A stretch of 64,000 nucleotides of DNA from Azolla caroliniana. Taxonomy: Eukaryota > Plantae > Polypodiophyta. This document shows positions 11,963-22,881 of this stretch, one piece after another. Position numbers and translations under genes: made by a program. The DNA is taken from positions 16,120,001-16,184,000 of the forward strand of contig JBHGNT010000003.1 in the NCBI GenBank assembly GCA_043228905.1. Reading direction: 5' to 3'. The notes under the pieces were generated by a model. It saw only the letters and a program-made list of their open reading frames with translations, was not told where the DNA came from and did no database searches. Positions within the stretch are counted from its first letter, which is position 1, and each line of letters begins with the position of its first letter.

Positions 11963-13387
11963 ACGTCACCAAATCGCAACCACCCGTCCTTGCATGAAGC
12001 TTGACTACCAAAAGCTAGGCCCCTTCCGTATCCTCGAGCACGTTAACCCAGACGCCTTCCGGTTAGCGTTTTCCCCCACATTTCGGCTTCACAATGTTTT
12101 CCACGTCTCTCTCCTCTAACTCTACCATCCTTCTCACATTCCAGCACAACAACCTCCTCTGCCGCCCAAGGAATTATTGACAAGTGAGGAGTACAAGGTT
12201 GACTGGAACCTCGACTCCCGCTTATGTCGACAAAGCATTCAATACTTGGTCCTATGGAAAGGTTACCCTCTTTCAGATGCCACATGGGAATCAATTACAC
12301 ATTTACAAAATGTGCCGATACCCTCATAAACTGGCCGTGGGTGTTAGGAGGTGGCCTTAGAGGGGGGATAATGGCATTGAGCTACATATGCATCCTTGTA
12401 CCAAATCTAACTTCATGTAGTGTAGATTGAAACATTGGAAGTTCCTAGCTTGCATGCATCCTCATTTCTAGCTTGTAGACATTCTGATGCATTCTCTATT
12501 GCATGCATCCTCATGCATTCTATATTTCTAGCTGGCTTACATAGCCCTACCTTCTTGTATAAATAGTCAGGGGCACCTTGATTCTAATCAAGGTGAACAA
12601 CACCAGTTACGGATTCTATAAGTTGAGTTCTTGTTCTTTTCCTCTCTCTTGTTTTCTAGTCTTGTCTTCGCTCTACTCTATTATACTTGTCCGTGACAGA
12701 CAAAGCCACAACCTTCTGAAGTCGTGACTGCCACAACACCACTCCCCTTGCATAGGTCATCACGTACCCTGAGGTGGATCGACTTGAGTCTATATCCCCC
12801 TACATGTCCGCGTTCCATTTAAATATTCCAAATAAGCATGATAGAAAAAGTTATTCATGCATACACACTTAGGTTAAATGAAAAAGTATGATAGAAAAGC
12901 TAATTAGGCACATGTAGTGTGCAAGAACACTTCAGTTAAAGGAAAAGCATGATAGGAAAAGTTAATCATGGACATGTAGTGTGCATGTACACTAGAGTTA
13001 GAAAAGGCATAATGCTTGCATGTGGTAAACTTAGTCTCTCCCATCACTATATAAGGGTGGGGAGCAAATTTTAATGTTGTTGATTTTGGGGTTTTTGATT
13101 ACAATCTAAATATTGATTAATATAATACTTGTGGGACTCACAAATTTTGATTGCTTTTCTCAATCTACTCTAATCTATAATTCTAAATTATTTCCTTTTA
13201 CTAAGTCTATGATTTTAATATGAAGTGAAACTAATTCGCTATATTCGTGGGATTCTTGAATTTCTATCTCTTTCTTCAATCTATTCATATTCTTTTCTTC
13301 CTTAGTATTCTCCTCCTCCTAGTCCAAAACCCTAGCGGTTCCCACCCGACTCACACAACGATCTGGCGCCGAAAGGCACGACACAAT

Positions 13388-13405
13388 TGGTGAACCCGAC
13401 GTGAA
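13388..13405 (+). promoter_or_regulatory. Primer binding site, tRNA-Trp
   Basis: TGGTGAACCCGACGTGAA is complementary to the 3' end of plant cytosolic tRNA-Trp (..TTCACGTCGGGTTCACCA); same at 27390-27407 and 44859-44876 (minus, one mismatch). Confidence 0.9.
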
Positions 13406-13707
13406 AATGGACGGTAAGGAGATGGAGAATCAACAAGAGATTAACAACATGATGATGATGTTTGAGCGGATGCTACAAGAACAACGCGCGATGTCAGAGA
13501 TTGCGGTGGTAGTGGAGCGGCTCGTGCAATGAAACAAGCAATTCAATGGGAAGGATGTGTGACCGCGTTATTTGTGGGAGTACAAGGCGGAGATGCTATG
13601 GTTTGGAGTACTGGAAGGATTGCAAGTGACATCCTTCAATCAAGTGGCTACTGATGGGCTTCAAGGGAGTATCCACGGGATACGACAACAAAATCTGACG
13701 TGGGCGG

Positions 13708-14386
13708 TATCATGAATACATAGGCATCATGGCTTCATTTGGGCTTGAACCCAAGACCTTGTAATATATAATCAAGAACTTAACCATTAGGATAGCGTAT
13801 GATTATATAAAATAATAAAAGCTCCTTGTTATTAGATTGATTATTGTAAATGTTCTAGAGCATTCTAGAACATTCTAGAACATCCTAGAACATCTTAGAA
13901 TATTCTAGGTCAAGAACATTATAGAACATTATAGAAACCACTAGGCTATTCTATAGGAACCTATAAATATGGACATACAATTCTTCTCAAACCAATTTGA
14001 ATCAAACTGTTAGAACCAAGAGAAAAGATAGAGTGGTAGAAAAAAGATGTAAAGAGATCACGAGAAGAGAGGAATGAAATGATAAGAGAAGAATGAATGT
14101 ATTAGTAAGATAGAATGAAGATGGATACAAGAAAGGTGATGAAAGTTGATTCGAATTGGTTTTAGAAGAATTATATGTCCATATTTATAGGTTCCTATAG
14201 AATAGCCTAGTGATTTCTAGAATGTTCTAGAATGTTTTATAACATTTACAATAATCAATCTATTACAAGTAGCTTTTATTGTTTTATATAATCATATGCT
14301 ATCTTAATGGTTGGGTTCTTGATTATGTATTACAAGGTCTTGCGTTCAAGCCCAAGTGAAGCCATGATGCTTATGTATTCATGACA
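13708..14386. mobile_element. Palindromic LTR-derived insertion (minus-strand LTR 14008-14386 + PBS + inverted U3)
   Basis: Arms 13708-~13993 and ~14158-14386 are reverse complements; ends TATCATG/CATGACA; TSD GGCGG/AGCGG; host gag continuous on removal. Confidence 0.88.
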
Positions 14387-17300
14387 AGCGGTGTTTGAAG
14401 AAGTGCTGAAGACCACATTCGCTATCGAGGACTCCTTGAAGGCAACGCAGAGAGGATTCGAAGATTGGGTGGAAATATTAGACAAGGGGCTGAAGGTCCT
14501 CGATGTGTTTTTGGCATTCGAAAGTCAATTCGGTAGGTTGTTCGTGAGAGATCAAGTTATCCTCGCACCGGACAAGGTGATCATGTTCTTACGAGTTGTG
14601 GACGTCTGGGACTAGAACGATCTTGGAGTGCTTCTAGAGGACACGACTACTGAGAGTGGCCTCGCCAATACATGGGAAAACTTGTGGGATATCGTCGCGT
14701 GACACACAAAGAGGGGGCAATGGCTCGGTAATAAAGAAAAGAGAATTTTGGAACCAATCTCGAGACCAAGACCTGGATTGGAAGATCACCAACCACGACC
14801 TCGGGAGACTACGACCGAAAAGGGAATCAATGCAACCACGGTGGAGCAATTTCTCAAGGAGATGGAAAATCTCAAGATTGCTATGGTGAAGAAATTGGAA
14901 GACTGTCCCACGAGTTCCAAGTATATGGACCATTGATGCATATGGTGCGATAGCACCGAACATGATCGGAAATATTGCGATGAACACGAGGATCTACGAC
15001 GGGATCTCATCTACTACGAGGGAAATCAGATCCATTCGATGGGCTCCCGAAAAGCATTTCGATTGAACTTCCGAAATGGCGGCATGAAGGTCCTAGAGGA
15101 GGTGATTGTGGCAAAAAGCAATTATGTCACAATTACATGTGGGAGAAACGTTTAGAGCGAAGGACCGTCTTTCTGGCCGGAAGTGCTAGAATCTCCTAGA
15201 AAACCGACTCTGGTGAGATGTGAAGCACTACAGAAGGCATCCGAGAAGCTACGGGATGGGAGTGCCCCGTAGATAAGAATAGCGTATATGCCCTATGCCA
15301 ATTACATGAGGTGTATGTAGATGAGAAACAACGGCACACGGATGATGTGGTCGGACCATCGAAGACACCGGAGAGCTAGAATTCCGAAGTAAAAGGAAAA
15401 AGGAAGTTGATTCCGGCATTCAAACTCGCATCGGAAATCGAAGAACAAACGGACCTAAAGAAGGTGATTGAAGAGAGAATCCTTGATAGTCGGGTGGAAT
15501 TCTCCCTTCCAGAATTGCTCGGAATTGCAAAGAAAGAGTTACATGACTTCCTCGTGGATCTCATGAAAAGAAAGAGACAAGCTACGAAAGAATCAAATGC
15601 TCCAAGGGTAAATGCAAATACCGTTCTAATGAACGATACAGAAGTAAACGATGAGATTCCGAACTCTCACTACACAAATCCACATTGGGCACGAGCAACT
15701 ATGGAGACTCCGGTTCAAATTGGAAACATCAAAGAGCCCGTAGTCGCATTGATTGATCATGGATCAGAGATCAATCTGATGTCCAAGGAGTTCTACTGGA
15801 AAGGGAAGTGTCCTATTAACGCCAATCATGGATGGAAGATTCGGGCAGCCACTAAAGCAACAGAAGACTTGTTTGCAGCTTGTCCGGATGTGACGGTGAA
15901 GATCGGAGATGTGGAGATTGACCAAAATTTCTTCGTGCAAGATGAGGTCTCATATTCTATGATCCTCAGGTAACCCTTCATCATGGCTTCACAGATGGAA
16001 ACAAAGGTTCTCGACAACGGAACGGCTTTTGCACGGATTCGACGCCAAAGCGGAGGGAAAACCGTCTAATTCCTGATTGTACCATCGAATCACGGAAGGA
16101 ACAAGACAGAGCTCTTGTCCCAAACAAAAATGGATTTTTAAAATGGATTGTTGCGGAGTGGGGAAGTGATAGCCCGAGAAGTCGTGATACCCCACACAAG
16201 AAGAAAACTCTCAGAGCAAAACAAGTGTGAATCAGTCCAGATGGGGCATCTACGTACATGGTCGTGACTAAAGAAATGAAGAAAGAACTCCGAAAAATGC
16301 AGGATGAGCTCCGGTCTGCATCAATCATAAAAGAGGATGAAGAAATCATGGGAGTAGTCAAAGAAGTGTTCTATGGGAGCACACTTCAACAACATGAAGA
16401 GCTTGTGGAAGAGAATAGCCAAGAAGATCAAGTAGTTCCGATATAATCAGTCGAGATGTACAAAATAATTGCGGAAATGGGGCCATATGTGCTCCGCAAA
16501 GAAGAAGCAATTGTATGTACGAATTACAAGACCATAGAAAAGAAGGTGAAACCATCTGCGGAACCATTACCCGCCAATAGTGAACAAAAGAGGAAAGTGA
16601 GCTAGATTTAATAATCCACATAAGAGAAGAGGTCGAGGGTGTTTCGCATGAAGAAGAGTAACAAGTACCGGAAAGTTTGGCACATATTGGAGGATGTGCA
16701 GGTTCGGAGGCGGTGAGTGTCATAGTGTACTTTGTACACTACGTAAAATATGTGTGGAGTACCTAATTGCTTAAGTATAAAGAAATAGGAGAAAATACTA
16801 AAATAATTATGTTACATGCATAGGGTAAGATTTGAATCCTTTACCTCCACGTTAACAATTTCAAGCCTTACCATTGTACTAGCACATTATGACCATTAAA
16901 GATATAGTAAACTTTATCCCATGTAAATATTCTAGATAAGCATGATAGAAAAAGTTATTCATGCATACACACTTAGGTTAAATGAAAAAGTATGATAGAA
17001 AAGCTAATCAGGCACATGTAGTGTGCATGAACACTTGAGAAAAAAGGAAAAGCATTATAGGAAAAGTTAATCATGGATATGTAGTGTGCATGTACACTAG
17101 AGTTAGAAAAGGCATAATGCTTGCATGTGGTAAACTTAGTCTCTCCCATCACTATATAAGGGTGGGGAGCAAATTGTAATATTGTTAATTCTTGGGTTTT
17201 TGATTACGATCTAAATATTGATTAATATAATACTTGTGGGGCTCACAAGTTTTGATCTCTTTTCTCAATCTACTCTAATCTATCTAAATTATTTCATTTT

Positions 17301-17486
17301 ACTAAGTCTATGATTTTAAATATGAAGTTTTAAAACTAATTCACTATATTCATGGGATTCACGAATTTCCATCTCTTTCTTCAATATTCATATTATTATC
17401 TTCCTTAGAATTCTCCTCCTCCTAGTCCAAAACCCTAGCGGTTCCCACCCGAATCACGCAATGATCTAGCGCCGAACGGCACGGCA

Positions 17487-18006
17487 ACGGGTTCCACAAA
17501 ACACAGACAGATCACCGTGTGTTCGTCAAAAGGTACGATGAAGGTGACTTCTGCATTCTCTTATTATATGTGGATGACATGTTGATAGTCGAACAAGACA
17601 CGAAGAGGATCTGAGCGTGAAGAAAGCATTAGGAAAGTCATTTGCCATGAAAGATCTTGAACCGGCCAAATAGATTTTAGGGATGCACATAATTCGAGAC
17701 AGAACTAAGAAAGTGCTATGGGTCTCACAAGAGATGTGACAAAGATCCTTGAAAGATTCAACAGGTCGGAAGCAAAGCCAGTCGACTCTGTGTTGCCGAC
17801 AAACTATAGGCTGAATGTTAAGCAATGCCCGAGGAGCGAAAAGGAAAGTACCATATGCCTCGGTTGTCAGTTGTTTGATGTATGCTATGGTCTGTATGAG
17901 ACCAGACATAGCATTTGTTATGGGGGCAATAAGCTGATATATGAGTAATCCAAGACGAGAACATTGGGCAATTGTCAAATGGATACTCAAGTACCTAAAA
18001 GGCACT
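17487..18006 (+). pseudogene. Copia RT fragment
   Basis: GFHKTQTDHRVFVK..YVDDMLIV..AMKDL..VKWILKYLKGT, decayed. Confidence 0.85.
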
Positions 18007-19510
18007 TGAGAGGAATCGTTCTCGGCCACAACCGAGATCCAAACACGCAATGGAAGAAACAGAATAGAAATAAGTTTAATGCACTTGCATAGAATGAGAC
18101 GACACACTATGTTTACGTGGAGAACCTCAAGAGGCAAAACCATGGGAGTTCACAAACTCTGAACTGGATCACTATAGAGGAGGGATATAACAATGTGAGA
18201 CTCAAAGGCAATGACCTCGAGCTCTAGCTTTGCCAAACGACGGTTACAACAGAATACTTTCTGTATTTCTCTATGTGTCTCGCTCTATACAACGATAATG
18301 ATAAAAACTCTTTATAATAACCCCTTGCCCTAGTTATATTTATACATATATAACTTTGGGTCTATTTACAAATATGGTCATCCGGAAGGTATTCGGTCCG
18401 GTTCCCTCCTTCAACTCGTCCGATCCGGCTCGTCTAGTTCTCATCCGGATCCCAACCGAAGGGACCGGTTTCCCAAATAACTCCCCCTTCACTCCGGCAT
18501 GCGATGTCTCGTCATTCTGATCCGTGTTTGGCATGCATCCAGCTTGTCAACTGACAACACCTTGGTTAGCATGTCTGACCCGTTCTCCTCTGTATGGATC
18601 TTCGTTGAAAATTCTTTATCTTCTACCTTCTCCTGAAGCTAGTGATATCTCCTCTGGATATTCTTGGTCTGGGAATGGTAGGCCACGTTCTTTACAAGGT
18701 GGATGAAACTTTTATTATCGTTGTAGAGCTGGTATTCCTCCTACCGGATTCCTAGCTCTTCGATGAATTTCTTCATCTAGATTACTTCCTTGTCGGTTTC
18801 TACAACCACCATGTATTCTTCGTCTGTTGTCGACAGTGCACCGAACTTCTGCAACCTCGACTTCCATGATACGGCTCCCCCTAAATAACTCATGATGTAT
18901 CTAAACGTGGACCGACTGGTATCTGCATAAGCCGACATGTCTGAATCCGTAAAGCCTTCAAATATGGGTTTACCGGAGGCGAATCGGAGGCACATACTCA
19001 AGGTGCCTTTCAGGTACCGGAGTATCCACTTGACAACGACCTAGTGTTCTCTTCCCGGATTGCTCATAAACCGGCTGACCACTCCGACTGCATATCCGAT
19101 ATCCTGTCGTGTGCACACCATTGGGAACATCAAGCTTTCAACGACAGAGGCATATGGTATCTTCATCATCTCTAACTTCTTCATCTTGGTCTTTGGGCTT
19201 TGTTTCTCGGAAAGCTTGCAGTTTCCCGGAAGTGTCGACCCAACCGGCTTCGCATCCGACATGTTGAACCTTTGAAGCACCTTTGCCACATACTTTTCCT
19301 ATGATAGCCACAATAGCTTCTTCGTCCGGTCCCGGACTATGTGCATCCCCAGTATTTGTTTTGCCGAACCCAAATCTTTCACTGAGAAGGTCTGGTTCAA
19401 GGCCTTCTTCAAATTCCCAATTTTGATTTGGTGCAGTCCGATGATTAACATATCATTCACATATAACAGGAGTATCAGGAAATTGCCTCCGTCGAATTTC
19501 TTCACAAACA
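18007..19510 (-). mobile_element. Tnt1/Tork-like Copia 3' part: RT C-terminal half, RNase H, PPT (18481-18495), 3' LTR 18007-18479
   Basis: FVKKFDGGNFLILLLYVNDML, GFTDSD, SWKSRLQ; PPT GGAGTGAAGGGGGAG. Confidence 0.88.
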
Positions 19511-20351
19511 TCATTAGTGTTGAGGATGAACATCCTCCCTTCTCTGTGCCCTTCCGCAATTATCCGGCCTTCTTCTTCGATGAAGCACCCGAGGTGCGTA
19601 AACTGCACTTGCATCCGCTAGTCGACGATTTGTCCAACCGACACCAGGTTCTTTGTGATAGTCTGAATGTGTAGTACGTTCGTCAACTTCCCCTTTTGTC
19701 TGACATGCCTTAAAGGGACTTCTCTGACATGCACAATTGGGTGGGCGGTGTCGTCTCTAGTTTCGACAATCCTCGGTTGTTCCCATTTCTCCAAAAAAGA
19801 GAACCAGTCTTCATGGCTTGTCATGTGGTTGGACGCTCCGTAATCAACGTACGATACTTCCTCCAATTTGGAAGCAGTCTTCTTCATCAAATTAGCCTTG
19901 TGCTTCATCACAAAGGCTGACGCTTTTCCGGTCTTCCTAGTTTCAGATCCTTCTGATCCTTTCGCGTAGTGCGAGCTTTGCCAGTTTTCCTGTTCGGTCT
20001 TGCCAGATCTGGATTTATCCGAATTGGCGTGCTTCTTCCAGCACTCACTTTCTCTATGGCCTTTCTTGCCACAGTACCAACATTCCATGTCGTCCTTTCC
20101 TTACCGGTTTCCAACACTGGCTTGACTCCCCCTGCTTGTGGAGGGTTCGGAATTGCTGTCGCCACTGACTCCCAAAAATATCCATGTACTAGGTTGGATC
20201 CATAGGCCTCTAACGGCCTACCGGTTTCATTCTGATACGGCTCCTAGTTCCGGATATCATCCAGACACCGATCTGGTTCTCTGTTCTGGATACCGATCCG
20301 GCTCTGGCTTATTCAGCCGATCCGGATCGGGTTGAGATTGCTCGCTCAACA
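19511..20351 (-). mobile_element. Copia remnant (family of 50500-56162): partial LTR ~20165-20351 fused by deletion to zinc knuckle/protease
   Basis: CWYCGKKGHRESEC, YVDYGASNHM; LTR homologous to 31735-32176. Confidence 0.85.
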
Positions 20352-22881
20352 CATTGTTATTGCTTGGGTCCCTTCCGGATAGTTGGGAGACAATGCTTGT
20401 CAATCTGGGCAATGTTGGACCGGAAGAAAAGATCTTATCCATGGCGATAGTGAAGTCGAGTTTGCTAAACGAAGAAGCTCACAGGAAGGGCCGAGAGTCT
20501 GTAATTGACCCGAAAGCCTTAGTTACGAAAGACTACAATAATTGGGGAAGAGGCTGGACTCGAAGTTCCCAAAATCCGTAAAAGTTGGGGACGAGGTCGA
20601 AGTGAAGAAGGAGGCCCACTTGCTTTTATTGCAGAAGGCTGAGCCACTTCTAGAAGTATTATTGGCACTTCCTGAAAGCCAAAGGGGGAACCGATAATAC
20701 GGAATTGAAGAAATATTTTGAAAGGACAAGAACGTCAACAATCGCGACAAGTGAAGAAGAACTGTTGCTTATCACCGAGGAAAGCGAGCTAAATCTTGTT
20801 AGCGACGAAACGACATGGGTCGTCGACTCCAGAGCATGGTTCCACTTGACCCCTGATAAGAAGTGCTTCTCCTCCTACAGAGCTAGAGATCATGGCTACA
20901 TAAGGATGGGAAATGAAGGTGCATGCCAAAGTGCCGACATAAGAGACGTGTGGTTGACAACGTCAACCGGGTGCAAGTTGCTGTTGAAAGATGTCAGACA
21001 CGTCTCAGAGGTTCGCTAGATGATGAAGGCTACATGGGTAGCATCCAAAACGGACTCATGAAATTCAGAAAAGGGAGCTTGATCGTGGCCTGAGCCCAGA
21101 AAATCAACACCTTATACCCGATGCATGCCCAGATCTACCGGGAAGAAGTGAACGTGGTATACGACACTACCAGTGAGCTATGGCACAAGAGGTTGTGCCA
21201 CATGAGCCAGAAGGGAATGTAGAGACTTGCCGAAGATAACCTCATTCCGGAGGTGAAAGACATGCGGCTTGAGAAGTGCACCGAATGTTTGGCTGGCAAG
21301 CAGAACCAAACCTCTTTCCGGTCAAGACCACCAACAAGACGGAAAGAACAATTGGAGCTTTTGCATATTGATGTATGCCAAGTGGACACGAAGTCTCATG
21401 CCGGGTTGCAATACTTCGTGACATTCATAGATGACCATAGTCAGAAGTTGTGGGTCTCACTGCTGAAGACAAAGGATCAGGTACTGATTGTCTTCAAGGA
21501 ACTCCACGCGAGAGTGGAAAGGGAAACCGGCCGGAAGCGAAAGGTGGTTCGAGCAGACAACGAAGGGTGAATACCGGCGGCAGTTCGAGGAGTATAGTTG
21601 GTCGAAGGGAATCCGGCTTGAATTCACAATGCTAAAGACATCGGAGCTGAACGGATTGGCTTAAAGGATGAATCAGACTGTGATGGAGAGAGTCTGAAGC
21701 ATGCTGGCACATGCTAAGCCATCCAAGAAGTTTGGGGCTGAGGTGCTGATGAAAATGAAATATGTGATAAATAGATCGCCCTCAACGCCCTTGGACGGAG
21801 ACACACCACAGAGAGTATGGACCGGTAAAGACGTGTCTTACTGGCACTTGAAGGTGTTTGTTTGTCTCGCCTACGTACATGTAGCAAAGGGCAAGAGAGC
21901 GAAATTGGACCCGAAGTCCCGACCTTGCATATTCTTTGGATACGATGATGATGAGTTTGGCTACCGAGTGTGGGACTTGGTCGACAAGAAGGTTTTCCAG
22001 CATCAAGACATAGTCTTCATAGAAGACAAGACCATTGCCGACTGGGAGTCGGAGAAGAAGATAGTGGACTCCCGATCGACCAATAGAGATCGGGTGGAAG
22101 ATGCAAGGACACATCCGGTCGGAAGCTGGATGGCAGCCGAAAACCATGATGAATCGGCCGGATTCGACAAAGAACCAAACCGACCGAAGAACAATTAGAC
22201 ACTGGAATCAGACAAGCCTCGAATCGATTTGGATGAAGAATAGACGAAGGAGTCTGTGATCAAAAACCAAGGACAAAGATACCCTCTAAGAGAGAGAAGA
22301 GTCCCCCATAGATTTTCGGATGTAGAGCATGTTTTACTTACCGATGAGGGGGAGCCGGAAAGTTTCAAAGAAGACCCACAACTGCAAGTGGTTAAGTGCC
22401 ATGCAAGATGTGATGGATTCCCTGCATGAAAACTACACATATGAATTGACAGAACTATCGAAAGCAAAAAGAGTGCTCCGGAACAAGTGGGTGTACAAGC
22501 TCAAACCGGGAGGCGCTAGAAATTCATCGAGATACAAAGACCGCATTGTGGTGAAGGGCTTCCAATAGAAGAAAGGAGTGGATTTCGATAAGATCTTCAC
22601 CCCAATAGTTAAGATGACATCCATCCGGACGGTGTTGAGTATAGTGGCAAGCATGGACCTCGAGGTAGAGCAATTAGACATCAAGATGATGTTCCTACAT
22701 AACGACCTCGAAGAAGAGATCTACATGCAACAATTGGAAGGATTCGTGAAGAAAGGGAAGAAGAACCTAGTGTGCTAGTTGAAGAAGAGCTTATATGGAT
22801 TGAAGCAAGCTCCTCAACAATGGTACCGGAAGTTTTACTCCTTCATGGCCGACCAGGGATACCACAAGACGCAGGTCGACC
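20352..22881 (+). pseudogene. Tnt1/Tork-like Copia gag-PR-IN-RT N-terminal half, decayed
   Basis: LLGSLPDSWE, WVVDS, CTECLAGKQ, YFVTFIDD, NKWVYKLK, EQLDIK; ends at GYHKTQVD. Confidence 0.88.

Larger units (their letters stand above)
3470..12698 (+). mobile_element. Old 5'-deleted chromovirus (Tcn1-like) Gypsy remnant: integrase end, chromodomain, PPT and 3' LTR 12372-12698; hosts two nested insertions
   Basis: With the insertions removed it reads NISIHASTK|VSPFFPNYDFHPR..IVWLLR|HQIATTRPCMKLDYQKLGPF..VFHVSLL..YLVLWKGYPLSDATWE. PPT AGAGGGGGGA; LTR TGGCA..TGACA; GACAA on both sides (3465-3469, 12699-12703). Confidence 0.8.
12815..17486 (+). mobile_element. Internally deleted Ylt1-like Gypsy (copy A): truncated 5' LTR 12815-13383, gag, protease, 3' LTR 16718-17486; RT/RH/IN lost
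   Basis: Matching LTRs; Trp PBS; ALIDHGSEINLM protease motif; colinear with copy B until ~16598. Confidence 0.88.

Noticed and set aside
13708-14386. Ordinary MITE or Mutator-like foldback element
   Set aside because: The arms are LTR U3 sequence, the centre is R-U5 plus the PBS seen at 22882-22920, and the TSD is 5 bp.
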